Of a stretch of 64,000 bases of DNA, positions 41,001 to 54,244 are shown in pieces. Source of the stretch: Botryllus schlosseri. Lineage: Eukaryota. The position numbers and the translations under genes are program-made. The stretch is taken from positions 7,070,001-7,134,000 of the forward strand of contig CM119372.1 in NCBI GenBank assembly GCA_051294905.1, read 5' to 3'. Positions within the stretch are counted from its first letter, which is position 1; every line of letters begins with the position of its first letter. The notes below the pieces were generated by a model. The model saw nothing but the letters and a program-made list of their open reading frames with translations. It did not search any database and was not told the DNA's origin.

Positions 41001-44000
41001 AAGCCAGATTTGATAGTGATATGAAACTACAATCCCACCGTCGTATTTGGGGAAAATGTTTTTTCTCGCGATTTTATCGAATATCCAGTAAAATTTGAAG
41101 AGGTTCCTATAGCTACAAAACTTTAATATAAAGTTGAATAATATATATTCATATTGAAATGAACCCGAATATTTTCGACCAACACTCGTCAGGGGTAATC
41201 GTCAACAACTAGTAGAGAATTGGAAAGTTATTTTTGAACGACCCTGTTAAACGTGTGTCATTGCAGTATACATTCAATAATTTACAGCTGGGAGACTCTT
41301 TACTGCGAATGCCCCCCAGAGTGGACGGGTAAGTTCTGCGGATTCGTATTCAATTCTTGTGCGAACGCCACATGCCACGAAGGTCAAATATGCATCCCAA
41401 GACTGACGTGAGTGAACTCATTTCTATATTCGAATATCATCAGAGCTAAAACGGCAAGGGGGAACATTCTCAGTGAAAAGAGTCAGGCGCGTAGCCAGGA
41501 GGGGTTTCGGGGGTCGAAACCCCCTCCTTTAGAAACGCGAAACCCCATCCTTTTACGCGAAACCTTGCTCTTTTTAAATGACCGCTCTGACGCTAATACT
41601 CGGTTGCAATTCAATAAGTCGAAAGGCGCGGCCAATTAACGAAAGGCGTGTTGCTAATTAGCGATATTCGTCCGTGCGCATTGCACCGCACAATGTAACG
41701 CGACACGATCTCCCGCTGAGATGATTGGCAAAATCAGGTCATTCATTGTCGCGCGTTCGGCAATCATTGCTAGCCTGATTTACCGCGTCTCCGACAAGCC
41801 TAATTCCACTGGCTTGAATAATCACATCTGCAATAGGCCCTGTGCGCACGAAATCGTCACTGCATGGCCTTCACAATCACATCTCCATTGGCTTGGTGTG
41901 CACGATATCTTCGCTGGCCTACACAATCGCATCTGCAATAGGCCTAGTACTAAAGATATCGCTAGCCTAACTACCGCGTCTTGGGCCTACCATGCTTTGG
42001 TTCTTATTTCTCAATGGCTTAGATAAAATGCCATTAAGTATAAGCTGATTAGCGATTGTGATTAAAGAGTGACATCTCGTAACTGAATGACATCGAATGT
42101 CCGCAATCATGTTCGACGCGTGAGTACATGCGTAATTGATTTCCACTAGTCTTCAGTTATAGTCCAGTAGGCTTGAGAAATAAGAGGTAAGGTTTGAACC
42201 ACCTGAAATCGGCGTCATTATAGCACATATTCCATAAAAACTCGTACATTTTTACTTGCGCAAATCGTCGCTGAGGCTACGTAAGACGCATTGATGAGCG
42301 GGCGTATTTAATTGTTGGACGCTTTGATAAGCGCGCAAATTTAGTTGTTAAGCGCGTTGATAAGCGTTCGTATTCAAATGTTCGACGCGTGCGTATTTCA
42401 TTGTTCACGACAGATCAGGGAGTCGCTAATTAACAGCACTTCCGGACTCGTCGACAAGCTTATCATACGCCTATAATCGCCAACACGGGGATGTTGTATA
42501 ATCGTTATTTACGCATCGCATGTACTTAACCCTAACCAATCGATACTACGTCACTAAATTCGGAAAAAATCGAACCCCACCCCTTTTATTTCAAACCCCC
42601 CCTTATTTTTCGGCTGGCTACGCGCCTGAAAAGAGTATATGTATAGTTGCACACCTGTGTACCATCCGTGATATACGGTGCTTGCATGCAAAACTGTGAT
42701 ATACTTCTGAGTTAGGCTTTGTCTTACCGCCTTAATGGTGCAAATACACTCTTTTAACTAATCACCTGTGTTTTCTGAATTTCAAAGGCCAGGTTGACTA
42801 AAAAGGTCAACTCCAACCGATTATACGTGGATTAACGAGTCTTGTCGGAAAATGACCCTTTTTTGGTCAACCGATCAATATTAGCAGTAAAATTGCCAAA
42901 TTTCCCATATTAATGAATGCTGTTCAAAAGTAACTTTTTCCAGATTCCAGTGATTACAAATTGAATTTTCGGGTTACCCAAAAAACGCTGCATATCAAAT
43001 TTAATTCAATTGTAACAAGTATAGGCCACCGCAGAGTAAAATAAAATTTTTCATTATGAAAAATTTTTAGAAACAATTTCGAATTTTTCTGTCGACCCGA
43101 TCAAATTGTTGAGTTGTCTGCTAAAAGGATGCAAAACAAATTTGACTCGATTCCAACTCGTAGAAGCGGAGTTATTCGAGTTTTCATTAATAATTCTGGG
43201 ATTACACACCGTCAATCCAAAACTTTGAACTGCAATTACTTTCACTTCTACAGGTTGTTTTGCATCGTTTTTGAAGACAACTAACAATTGATGAGGTTGA
43301 AAGAAAAATTTGCATTTTATTTCGAATTTTTCATGATAAATTGAAAATTTTATTTGGTTCTGCGGCGGCTTTTATTTGTTAAAATTGTGCCAAATTTGGT
43401 GTGCAGCGTTTTTCAGGGTAGCCTGACAAATTAATCGGTGAATCACTGGAATCTGGGAAAAATATATTTTTGAACAGCCCTTGCTACTTAATCTCGGATC
43501 CCTGAATATGGTAACCCTATGCTATACGAGACTTTGATAAGTGATATAAACTGTGTCGAGTCGATACAGAAACTACCTCTGGTTATATACTTACCTCTTT
43601 TGGTATTAGCTACCATTTCAGCGCCAATGATAGTACATACGACTGCGTTTCCGCCAAGACTCCTTGCCAGCCAAATCCGTGTAAAGGAGACTGCCAATGC
43701 AAGGCTTCCTGTAAACACGAAAACGGTTATGTCTGCCTCGGAACCAGTGGACTGTTGGGAAGGAATTGTGACATACGTAAGTTAGATGGCTCGGTGTGTG
43801 TACCAAATAAGAAATCGTCCTCCCGACTTAATTCTATATGTGGTCGGGTAAGAGTTCGCGTGTAATAGTCGCGTGCAGCAGATTTGTACAAACAGCCAAT
43901 CTAAATAGTGGACGGTCTACGGACTAGTTCATTTTCAATAAGTACTGGATTTTAAAATACTAGTAGTACTATCTCCAGTGCCTATTTAAGCAGAATATTT

Positions 44001-47000
44001 GCCGAACAACTCGAAAACACGTCTCGTAGAGTCTAGTATTACCGCATATCGCCCGTAACGACGGTAGCTGTTTGTGAAAGGTGTGGGAAGTCCAAATATA
44101 TGCAGCTTTTAATGCTATCTCAGACAATAATGCCAGTTCTACATCCCATTAAGGATAATTCGAAAGTTTTCGACAGCACCCGTTTCATTGCACTTTGTGG
44201 CAATGTTGTGGATTGATCACATCACGTCTTAACACAGATGTCACTTCCACTAACGCGTGTATAGCTCTGCACTACACGCCTCGTGTGCTTCGATACGATC
44301 AATCGATGTTCCGACATTTCCCAAGTGGAAAATAGTGTTGAAACTATAATTATAGTTGACAAATTAACTCTTCGTGCCAAAGAGTATAATTTCAATGCTT
44401 GAGACCAGTGGCGGGATCTGATTCTTTCAAATCATTAGAATTGATCTTCGGTTCAGATGACAGTACTCGAATCATAGTGCACTAGCCTAGTAGCCTAACA
44501 TGTTTCAGCTGCACCCGAGGCAATATGCGGAGCAGATGTGATAAAAGTCAACGTGGATTCTCGGCTGGTGGATGAATACAGCTCAGGAAATTCCGATTTT
44601 TTGATGTTCATGGCTCGTTCTCATTCTATGTCCTCGTCATATATCTGCCTGGCCTTAGGTAAGTGCCCAGGACGCTAAGGTGCGCAAGTACAACATGGGT
44701 AGTTTGCCATTGTCCAACCAGACTTGAAAACTAGATAATTCTAGCTGTCTAATTCAGTGGTTCTTAACCTTGCCTCCAGCACCCCCAAGGGTCGCTGGTG
44801 ATTTTGAAGGGGGGGGGTAAACGCTCATGGGGCGATATGGGGGGGGGCGCTGAAGAAAAGCAGTAGATGATGTGGTAGTTGGACATATCCTTAATGAGTA
44901 TTCAGAGCGAATTAACATTCCACAAAACATGTCAAATCCCGAAAGTTTTGGTCGCGCTACGCGACGATGTTTGCTACATATGTTTTCTTGAATGAAGTGG
45001 GTTATTATAATTCATGTAAAGCGAATTGCGCGTACTTTTAGATCGCCAATTTCCCGTTAGAACACTGCCGTCATGCTTGCCAGGGTTGCCAGAGCAGATA
45101 TAGGCATCACATTCTCAGTTGACTTACTAATCTTGAATCGTGTGCATACTTAGTTAATACGTTAATGTGTTTTAATACCTTTTGACTTTATAGCGGACAA
45201 AAGGTAACAAAATAACAACATGTAACGAATTAATTGTACCAACAGGCACGCCCGAATATGTTCAATTATTATTAATTACGTGGGCTGAGAGGATAAAAAG
45301 TTTATAAGCGACACATATATGCAATTACCACCTATTCATTCATGCATTCTAGAAATTTTGGCGCCCAAGGCGACCAGGTCACACATTCTTTCCTGACCAT
45401 CCAGATCACGCGACGGGGTTCTCGGGGCAGTCGTTTTTTAGGGGCTGACGAAGGGCTGTTACGCCCTCCCTCTTACCCATTGTCTTTATTACAGTCCTTA
45501 CAATATGAGGTGGGGGCGCTGGAGCACGATGATTTTTTAAAGGGGCGCTGGAGGAGAAAAGGTTGAGAACCACTGGTCTAATTAGATTATTTGAAGCGAA
45601 ATACCGGTAATTGTAATTTGTGAAATAATTTTATGGTCTAAATTTCAATTCTGAAATAATTTCTCATTTTCAAAAAAATCTATACAGAACTGTACCTGCA
45701 CAGTGCGAAGCGAGCCATGCTTGCTGAACAAGCGTACATTCATTGCCGTTCTCGTACTTGTGAGAAGGAGCTCTAATTTGATATGAGCTCAACTTGATTT
45801 TGTTGCTTCTTTCTAATCCGTAATTAAATTAGAAAATTGAATTTTTGCGAATTCAGTAATTGTAGTTCTACTATGCAAAAAACTGTGTCTCTAATTCTAA
45901 TTCTAATTGCATATGTAATTCTAATTCTGAGCTACTTTGAAAATAACTTAAGAAATAACTCTATTTCTAATTCTATTCTAATTGGAAAATCTGAAAATTT
46001 AAATACCCTTGCTTTAGACAACGGCACCCATCATAAATTTCTGATTCCCTTGCCTTTCACGAAATGTGGCGTGGTTGTGAGTCGAAGCGCTGGCAGCACG
46101 CTGATGTCTGGACGAATATGGTTGAACAAGATGGTTGGATCCGTGCAAATGGCGATTCCGGTCACGCACTTTGTATGCGAGTATCAGAGGCAGTACAGGA
46201 TAGTGACTTCCCTCTTGCCAGCGTGAGTATATACTGGATGAACCCTGACGAGTGTCGGCCGAAAATCAAACGTATATTGAAGTTCTGTACCTTCAAGAAG
46301 CTCCTCAACTCCTATAATGCAATGGTTCTCAAAGTGGGGGCGCGAAGCTGCGGTCAACTGAAAAAAAACCGCGCTTTACCTCCTATTCATAATTATTGCT
46401 CTGTGTATAGTCCGATTTTCATATTTTAGAACTATCTCGTCAACAGTCATAACAGTCATCAAACTATCCATTGGGATTGCTAGCAATCTGGTTGCATTTT
46501 GTGATATGACGATAAGGGGGGCGCGAAATTTTTCACTCATAAAGGGGGCCGTGTCTAAAAAGAGTTCACTGAGAACCACTGCTGATTTTGAAAGTCGCAT
46601 GAAAAATGGCAGTGAATATGATTTCATGTCCAAGTCCAAATCTGCCTTCAAAATAATCATGAATCCATATTCGATCCAAATCCGGAGTAAATCGTACACT
46701 CCCTTTTTTATCAAATCCACATATATGGTATTATCTGATGGTACACCCGTTCCACATTCTCAGGACCGATACAGTGGTCACAGTGACACGGCATGGAGTG
46801 AGGAGAGGGTTCGGTTTGATAGACGCCTGTAAGTCTGTCTCTTACTGCCCTGGCGCGTGTCCTGACCAGTTCTCTCTCAACGGCGGGGCATTGTATACGG
46901 TCAACGAAATGATGCACTTGAGAATCATGCCACGCACGCAGGCAAGTTATGACAGAACTACTTTATTCTAGCTGTAGTTATTCAGAGCGGAATGCTAGCA

Positions 47001-49156
47001 ATCTAATTTAATTAATTTGTCGACTATTTCTTCGCTTTGATTCTCATCTAATTACTGGTTTTCCAGGAAATGCTACAGGAGAACTAAGCAGTGCGTAAAG
47101 AGCCAAGCTTGGTGTACAGACCTTTGCCATTGTCTAGCTTATAACAATGAAATATGGTGTCCAACTTTTCGTAAATTCAGTAATTGTTACTTCTAGTCTG
47201 TGGAAAAAAACTGCTAGTCTTAATTCTAGTCTGACTTTGTAAAAACTGTTAGATATATGCTTTGTGACAAACATAAAACGACCATCAACTCCATTGATTC
47301 AGCAATTTTTGAAAAATTCTGCTGCCATGATACTAACAGTACTTCCACCGGTTGATGTGACAATTACAATCACAGAAGCGATACGAACAAACTCCAAAAT
47401 GTCCCTTTGGCCGAGAAGGTTGGCCACCCCTGGTCTAATATATATAGTGCTATGAAAAAAAAAACTGAAAATATAATTGAGATATTGGAAATATAGCGAC
47501 AATTTCTATTCAGGGATCAGCTATTCGCCTCTTCCGACTCTTTCTATCTTGCTCAACTGACTCAACCCTGCCTTCGTCGCTGGATCTGATCTCCAACGGC
47601 TGCTACAAGAATGCTTCCAGTCGATACCTGTCCACGACAGCCGCCAGCTCCGGGGGTGGGGTTTGCCTGTCGTTAAGAGTTCCACATTTGACAGCGTGCG
47701 ATAAATTCTACATCCACGCCACGCTGGAAGTCTGCTTTCTAGTAAGTACTCTCTTCTGAACCGAACCGCTTCGAGTTGTTTCAGGCTAAATGTAGTAAAT
47801 GTACGCTAGTCTGAATCTCAACTAGACAATATTGAAACAACCGATACAACTACAGATTGGCCTATAATGACTTCTTGAACTCTTCGATTCCACCTGAAAG
47901 CTCTTGATAAATGTTGGTACAGCGGAGGTGCTCAGTGATCATAAATCTTAAATTTGAAAACTGGAACTCTTGACTTGTTATTCCATAAATTGCCGTTTTT
48001 CGTAATCTGGAAACTTGAATATTGAATCCTAAACTTCAAACTCTGAGCTTGATATTCCGTAAATCTCAGATTTTTTGACCGATAAAACTGAAATCTCAAA
48101 TGTTAAAACTATATTCCATAACTCTGCGGTTTTAGAAATCTGAACACTCTGAATCTGGAAACTCCACAAGCTTTTGATGTTCTGTAAATCTGTTCTGTAT
48201 CTGAAAAATAACTTTGGTTTGATATTCCGCAAATCTGCTGTTTTCGAAATCTCAAAACGGTGAAATCTGCAATCTTATAACTTCATAGCTTGATATTCCG
48301 TAAATCTGTGTGGTTTCTGGAAATATGAAAACGCAAGTCTAAAGTTGGTAAGCTTGATATTCCGTAAATCCGCAGTTTTTTTGAGATTTGAACACTATTG
48401 GTTTGATATTCCATAAATCTTCGATGTACGATCACGGCAAACCACCTTCTGCATGTATTTCGCATTTTCCAATTTGATAAGGAACCTCGGTTTTCAGAAC
48501 TGCGATATCCCATACCGTCGTTGCGGGGTAAGAAAGAAGCGTAGCAGCGTAGACTCCATTTCCGGCCACGTGTTCGGCCCCATATATGTCCTGAATGTTA
48601 GAGAGGGGGTTCTAAAAAATATATCAAATTCTGATGAAGATGAAACCTCGGAACTGGTGGATTCTCCCGTGCTGCAAGGTCTGTATGAATAAATGCAAGA
48701 CCCGGTGTCTCCAACAGGGTTAGTCAAAGTAGCGATTGTGTTGGGTAGAAATGGTGTAGAAGCAACGTACATTTTACCCAAATTCAGTAATTCTAATCCT
48801 AATCTGATTTGGAATAAACCTGCATAGATATAATTATAATCTAATTTGAAAAAAACTGGAGCTATAATTCTAATTCTATTGTAACTTGGAGATAAATGTA
48901 TATTGTATAGCTATAATTCAAAAAAGTGTAAAATCTTCTAGTTGTTCGGGACCATATGCTGCTGCTGAAGCTGGTTATAAGTGTCAGATTTCCTATCATG
49001 CTGGCAAGATGTGTGCAATAAATTCTTTTTTTAGAAGATTCCAGACGGCTTGCAACCTCCATCTTCATAATCTTCATATTTGTTGTGGTAATCGTCGCTA
49101 CCTCGCTAACCGGCTGCCCATCTCATTCACGACGTTGTTTCAATGTGTTTAAATGA
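32036..49156 (+). CDS. Multi-exon EGF-repeat + zona pellucida (ZP) domain transmembrane protein, resembling ascidian vitelline-coat precursors (about 687 aa)
   Basis: Manual exons: 32036-32049, 32202-32251, 33255-33417, 33480-33653, 34314-34406, 36451-36564, 40642-40758, 41288-41407, 43622-43776, 44509-44658, 46018-46222, 46764-46941, 47514-47741, 48498-48678, 49035-49156. All intron phases are compatible, total 2064 nt, no stop seen. Signal peptide MIAVRSLLLFVLCCAYFTRNVSC; EGF motifs (PCHNGGTCV...CVCPPNFNGDLCE, PCKNGGEC, CECPPEWTGKFC); ZP-N (AICGADVIKVNV...TKCG...VCEY); ZP-C (LISNGC, FYIHATLEVC); furin site RKKR; hydrophobic patch GPIYVL; TM SIFIIFIFVVVIVATSL. Extra exons in the long introns cannot be excluded. 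Confidence 0.85.
32758..33240 (+). mobile_element. tRNA-derived SINE (Meta-domain-like body) with a tandemly duplicated head, in intron 2 of the EGF-ZP gene
   Basis: A-box TAGTGTAATGG, B-box GGTTCGATCCC, then GGTCATACCAAAGACT...CCTGCTAGGCGCTCAGCA, and a (TC)n tail. A unit of about 200 bp (intron plus SINE head) is duplicated at 32658-33077. It is absent from the inverted copy (about 30590). Confidence 0.8.
34987..35918. mobile_element. hAT-like MITE with GACTCAAGTC subterminal repeats
   Basis: Ends CAGTTTTGGGAT / ATCCCAACACTG; 8-bp TSD CTGTATAG. Confidence 0.85.
37729..38273. mobile_element. hAT-like MITE
   Basis: Ends CAGGGCCGGCCAACC / GGTTGGCCACCTCTG; TSD GGCTACAG/GGCTGCAG; a related fragment lies at about 59860-60053. 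Confidence 0.75.
38340..38960 (+). pseudogene. Decayed Chapaev3-like transposase N-terminal remnant
   Basis: Frameshifted motifs YFSMKIWDKDK, DDCHFCMGDI, IAYPS, PHIHNQHELDDLV and AEILTPRLK recall the Chapaev3 motifs YFG..GDQDK, DDCYFC and QSELNDLVRDL...SRLK. Recognised from memory only. Confidence 0.55.
39990..40395 (+). repeat. Diverged fragment homologous to the centre of the palindromic element (about 19140-19485)
   Basis: Colinear blocks TACACCTC.TTTACGCGAA, GATGGTGTATGCATTG, TTGAATATTGGT.GTTGGTT and CAACCAGTTACCAAAGTC. Confidence 0.75.
41484..42628. mobile_element. hAT-like MITE
   Basis: TIR CAGGCGCGTAGCCAG; perfect 8-bp TSD AAAAGAGT. Confidence 0.88.
44755..45575. mobile_element. hAT (Charlie-like) MITE
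   Basis: TIR CAGTGGTTCTTAACC / GGTTGAGAACCACTG; 8-bp TSD GTCTAATT. Confidence 0.88.
47975..48420. repeat. Degenerate tandem repeat of about 60 bp in intron 13
   Basis: Recurring GCTTGATATTCCGTAAATCTG...GAAATCTGAA motif. Confidence 0.65.
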
Positions 49157-49961
49157 CTCTCGGAGTATCCGATTTTGTTTTCGTTTCATGACTTACTTGT
49201 GTCCATTATTTGTGTTCTATACTTTTAATATAACGGATTGATTCGTTAAAGATATATCATCATCGTCATCGGTTTATTAGCAATTTTATCAGTTCAATAC
49301 ACCACAAAGAAATGCGACACAATGAAAAGACAGGAAGATGTCGAAGCGACTAGGAGTTGTCTATGGAATCAGACACCCACCTTGGCCTAGGCCAGGGGTG
49401 GGCAAACTACGGCCCGCAACACCGTTCTGTGCGGCCCGCGAGAGTCTAACAAAACTTTTTTTAAATATTGATAAAATGCGTACCAAAAATCGAATTATTG
49501 TAGTGACTTGATTAAACTTTTTTTTAGTATATTTCACTACGATAATTCTAAAACTGGGGTGCGCCCCTCCCCTTTGGGGCGTGAAAGCATCTGAAGGAGG
49601 CGCGAAGCTGAGCTCCACTTGAAAAAAAATCCCGCTCGGCACGATTCTCATTCACTTCATCATTGTTGCTCTGTATTAAGTGTCAATTTCATATTAAAAA
49701 TCTCTCGTCCACAGTCGTGACCTTCCCTGTGCCATCAAACTATCAGTTAGGTTTGCTAGCACCCTGGTTGTGTTTTGTATATGACGATAAGGGGGCGCGA
49801 AATCTTTCCCCATCATAAGGGGCGGGGTGTCTTAAAAAGTTTGAGAACCGCTGTTCCAAGGTATATACTTCCTTACTATATGTTGTAGAGAACGTAGCGT
49901 TGTCGGATAACCTGTAGCGGTGGCGAACGCCTGGCCCTGCGTTAGTCCTTGATCTGACAGC

Positions 49962-50500
49962 TCATCATCATCATTGGTTTATTAGCAATTTTATCAGTTC
50001 AATACACCACAAAAATGCGATACAATGAAAAGACAGGAAGATGTCGAAGCGACAAGGAGTAGTCTATGGAATCTGACACCCACCTTGGCCTAGGCGATGT
50101 AAAGAGGAGGTATGCACACTGAATGAAAGTAAAGAAGATAGTATAGAAAAAGAAGCGACAAGAAATAGGGCGGCATGTCATGGGAAGCGAGATCGATAGG
50201 TCAGTCGTGGTCCGGTAATCTGGAGGATGGACTGTATTTATTTAGTAGTAATTGCTTGTATTTCGACTTGAATGTGGACATGCTCGTCGACTGTCGGATG
50301 GCCGGCGGGATACTGTTCCACACATCAGGTCCGGCATATTTGATAGAGCGATGATCTTTTCGGTCGATCATATGATATTTGGACGACGTGGACGCGCGTG
50401 TGTTGTACTTGTGCGCTTTTGATTCCGAGGTAAAGAAGTCATTGAAGTATTCGGGGCAACGACCGCAGCTCAACGATGCATGCGACGACAATTGCCTCAG
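49962..50500 (-). mobile_element. 3' end of a CR1/L2-group LINE (ORF2 C-terminus, 3'UTR and (ATG)n tail)
   Basis: ORF 50201-50491 PEYFNDFF...HKYNTR...SIKYAGPDVWNSIPPAIRQSTSMSTFKSKYKQLLL is a typical ORF2 tail. AATAAA plus a TGA-repeat tail follow. Shorter relatives occur at about 49256-49390 and 59385-59465. Confidence 0.8.
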
Positions 50501-50594
50501 ATAGATGTATTGGTCGAATGAATATGAACAGTAGTATAGCGTATGAGTCCCATGTGGGATATCTGAATGTGCGCGTATATATATGGCGCGATAC

Positions 50595-50996
50595 CAGAGA
50601 TGAGCGGATTTGAAATTTCTATGTCCTAATCAAATCCGAACCTGCAAATCCTAATCCATAACGTTTTCATATTCAAGTCCATGTCCAATCCTAATCCGAT
50701 TCTAACTGGAAATTCAGAAAAATGCTAATTTATGCAAGGGAGGAATTGCAAAATTTTCTTTCACTGCCAACAATTCCCTTGATTCAAGATAACTTAGTAA
50801 CCATAAGTAGATTAATAACTGATCTGAATAAAGTTTGTTGCCATTCGCCACACGACATATCGATCTCCCAGAAAATAGGTAAATCCAATCCTAATCCGTT
50901 CAGAAAAAAATCTTTAATCCTAATCCAATCCAAATCCGCCAAAATTTCACAAATCCTGTTTTTTAAAATCCTAATTCTAATCCATGCTCATCTCTG
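50595..50996. mobile_element. hAT-like MITE with AATCC subterminal repeats
   Basis: TIR CAGAGATGAGC; 8-bp TSD CGCGATAC. Confidence 0.85.
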
Positions 50997-52570
50997 CGCG
51001 ATACACGAAGAAGAACGTGGTCACGTGATATACAGCGTGGTACAATGTGATATAATGGCATGTTATATATTACAGGGTGTATGAACCGCGAGAGGGCGCA
51101 GGGCGTTCTACAATGTTCAATTTCTGGCGCGACGGCCAGATCTCTAAGCCCACGTAGTTTGAAAGGTTTCAACTACTTAACATAACAGAAATCCTAAACG
51201 AGATTGACATAATTCGGATCACGAGTTGGATTTCACATTGACCACTCCAGTTTTAATTATTTCAGTGATGTGCTTATCAGAGTTGGATCATTTGTAATTG
51301 AGCTGAATGTCATTATTACATTTTTCAATGTAATTGTAATTGAAGCATTTTTATTTTGTGTAATTATAATTTGACAAAAATTTTGCTCAATTACAATTTC
51401 AATTACATTAAAGGTCAACTGCATCTTCATAGACAACTTTGCGGAATCATGTTCAGAATTTTTTTTCATACCGAAATTGCCGACTTTCCGTATTTCAAAC
51501 TAATCGGAAATTGCCGTAATTTGGACCAAAAGTCCCAATATTGGTATGTTTGCAGAAAAAGCGGAATGTTCATTGTGACGTCATGTAGTTGACATCTCTT
51601 CTGGCCGCTGAAGATGTATGCTATAGGGTTGGCGGTCTTGCAGTAGCAGGGCGCTTATTTTAGTTAGTTATGGCGGAGGTTTCGCTTGTAATGGATTCAC
51701 CAGGCGAGTCCGAGTACTCAGATGTCGAATGCAAGTATGCTTTTTCCTCTCACTTACGAAAGTAATGTTGAAACGAGGACACGTTTCAAGTGTTGATGTG
51801 CTCGATCCCATATCAGTGGAACTGCTTGCTGCTCCGAAAACGAGGGGTCGTTTGAGTATGATTATTGATGACTAACCTAAGGATGTTAGTGATATATAGT
51901 ATGATCAGCCTAGCTTGTTCAGCTTAAGCCGCTTGTCTAGACCAAATGAAATACACCGGTATGTGTAATTTGGTGGAGAACCTCCTTCCAGTTATTAATC
52001 TTGGTATTATCAATTACAGTTGAGAGGATGGAGGTTGCCAACTTATGCAAACTATCAGGGGAGAGTTGAAGTGCTGTAAACAGGTCCCTCGAGCAACGAC
52101 TGAATTATTAGTGCATCACAGCATTATCAGGATTTCAATCAGTAGTATGTATTGGAGATTGTCTCGCTATACTTATCAACAGGAATATTGTCATATAATT
52201 ATAACATCCAGTTTGATGCATGAGCGAATGAGTCTCATTCACATGAAATGTTGAGTCGGGTGCCAAATAATTACCCGTCAGTAACACAACAATTACGCTT
52301 TTCAGGAAGCTGAGAAAAACTGTACACGGAAATTTTCTTTGCTGGCCACTGGGATTCTGCAACAAAAGCCAACGAAAAATCCTGTCTGCGCATCCGATCA
52401 AACCAGTACTTTCAAAGGATTTCAATTTTACAATGCTTCGTGAAGGAATAGTTGTATTGAAAATAATAAATGCAACATAACCAATCCATCAACAGTACTT
52501 GTCACGGTGGATTTTTGTCCGTATCAATGGTTGGTTACGCTCGAGTCACCTCGCCGCACGCGAGAAGAAC

Positions 52571-53567
52571 CAAAGTCACTCAACATTTACTTCGTTTCCA
52601 TGCTCGGCCGATGGGCCTCTTTTCGAGAGACTCGGCCGACGAACGAGAGAATTTTGTTGCGCATGCACAGATTGCACACCCACGTCGGCCGACTCGTCGG
52701 CCGACGAATGAAAGCTTCGGCTCAGCCCTTCGGCCATACTTGCGCTGTGTCCTCGACTAGCGAATTGGTATTCGCTACTTACAATACGCTTTTCGTATAA
52801 AATTAACTATGGCTGCACTCCGGACGGATCTTGGACGCGTTGAAAAACCCGGAATTTAATTATGATTGCAATGGAATAAAGTAGTACTGGTACTGCTACG
52901 AATTACCCGTAGGCTACCGAAATCTTCGCGGTCTGATCACGTACGCTGCTGCCACAATTCGAGGGTTTGTGTTCTGGTGCATGGGTACAACACAAACTGT
53001 ACATTTTGACCACAAACTAGGTGATCTTATTCACATTCCCCTTGTAAGCAAATCATCAACAGGACACTGGAAGTTCATGTCTGGATCATGACGACGAAAC
53101 AGTAGTACCGGTAGACTACTGGACAAGTTATTATTCTGCGCTCGAAATTATTGGACCCCGATATCCCATAGAATATCTATATCCCCCACATACTAAGATA
53201 TGCCACCAATTTTCATCTTTTATCCATTTTATTTTATCTTCTGTTCATCATGACCATTTTAGATATTGGATGGATTTAGGCCTACGTGTTCAAGGTCAAA
53301 GCGTGTTGTTTGATTGAATGACCGCTACAAGTCATCTCGGCTCATTCCTCCCGAGTCATTTTATCGCAATCCTGTGATTATTATGAAATTATTACTGAGT
53401 AAGCAAGCCAAAAACTTTATCGCGAACGCTTCGCCCACCTAGTTCGGCCAAGTCACGGTCGGATTACGCCTGGTCATGGAAACACGGCCGACATGTACAA
53501 CGCATGCGTCATGGCCTTTCGGCCGACCGTCGGCCGAGCATGGAAACGAAGTATATGAGTGACTTTG
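52571..53567. mobile_element. P-element-like MITE inserted in the 5' LTR
   Basis: TIR CAAAGTCACTCA...TACTTCGTTTCCATGCTCGGCCGA; 8-bp TSD AGAAGAAC/AGAACAAC; the empty site is preserved in the 3' LTR. Confidence 0.8.
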
Positions 53568-54244
53568 AGAACAACCTGGATCACAAATCATTCTCTCCGA
53601 AAGCGGTCGTGCGGTAAACAGGGCTTCCACGCCGCTCTGAATCTGACTCTAATTAATGTAATTTCTCATTTAGAGTATATGCCAGCGTATTTTTTAACGG
53701 TATGATATAGTCTGGGTTGTTTGATCGACATTCTACAATACACACAAGAGAAAACTTACTGTGTCCGGACTTATTAGCCAGTTAATTATACTCAGTCAGT
53801 CATTACTCGCAGCGATTGCTCCAGTCCAACTCGCCGTCGAGTTGTAACAGTTCTGTGAAGGACTGAATGTGTCAATAACAAGGACATAAGTTAAAAAATA
53901 CGAGAGCTGACTGACATCGATATGTATCGAACACTGCAAGCCGCCGGTCGACAGGTTTTGAGCAAGCAGCATATCGACGAAGCCCTTCGGAATTCCAGCG
54001 CCGCTTACCATAGAGCCGAGCGCGCTTTCTCACACGCCATACAATATGCATCACTACTACACGTCACTAAATGTAAAGACGAATTCCACAAAGTTTGCGG
54101 TCAACTCACCGACGAGTTGGACCGATTGTACGAAAAAGCGGAAAAAGACCTCTACCTTCGTGACAGTATCCAAGAAATACATTTACTGATATTAACTGTC
54201 AGCGTCATGCAAATCGCGCTTACCGAGCCTACCGAGAAGAAAAC

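Larger units (their letters stand above)
1..48000. repeat. Large inverted segmental duplication centred on a unique spacer at about 31510-31843
   Basis: About 28560-31509 mirrors about 31844-36600, and 1-1950 mirrors about 45970-48000. Shared intronic MITEs are included, e.g. 1348-1607 versus about 46320-46581. Confidence 0.9.
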
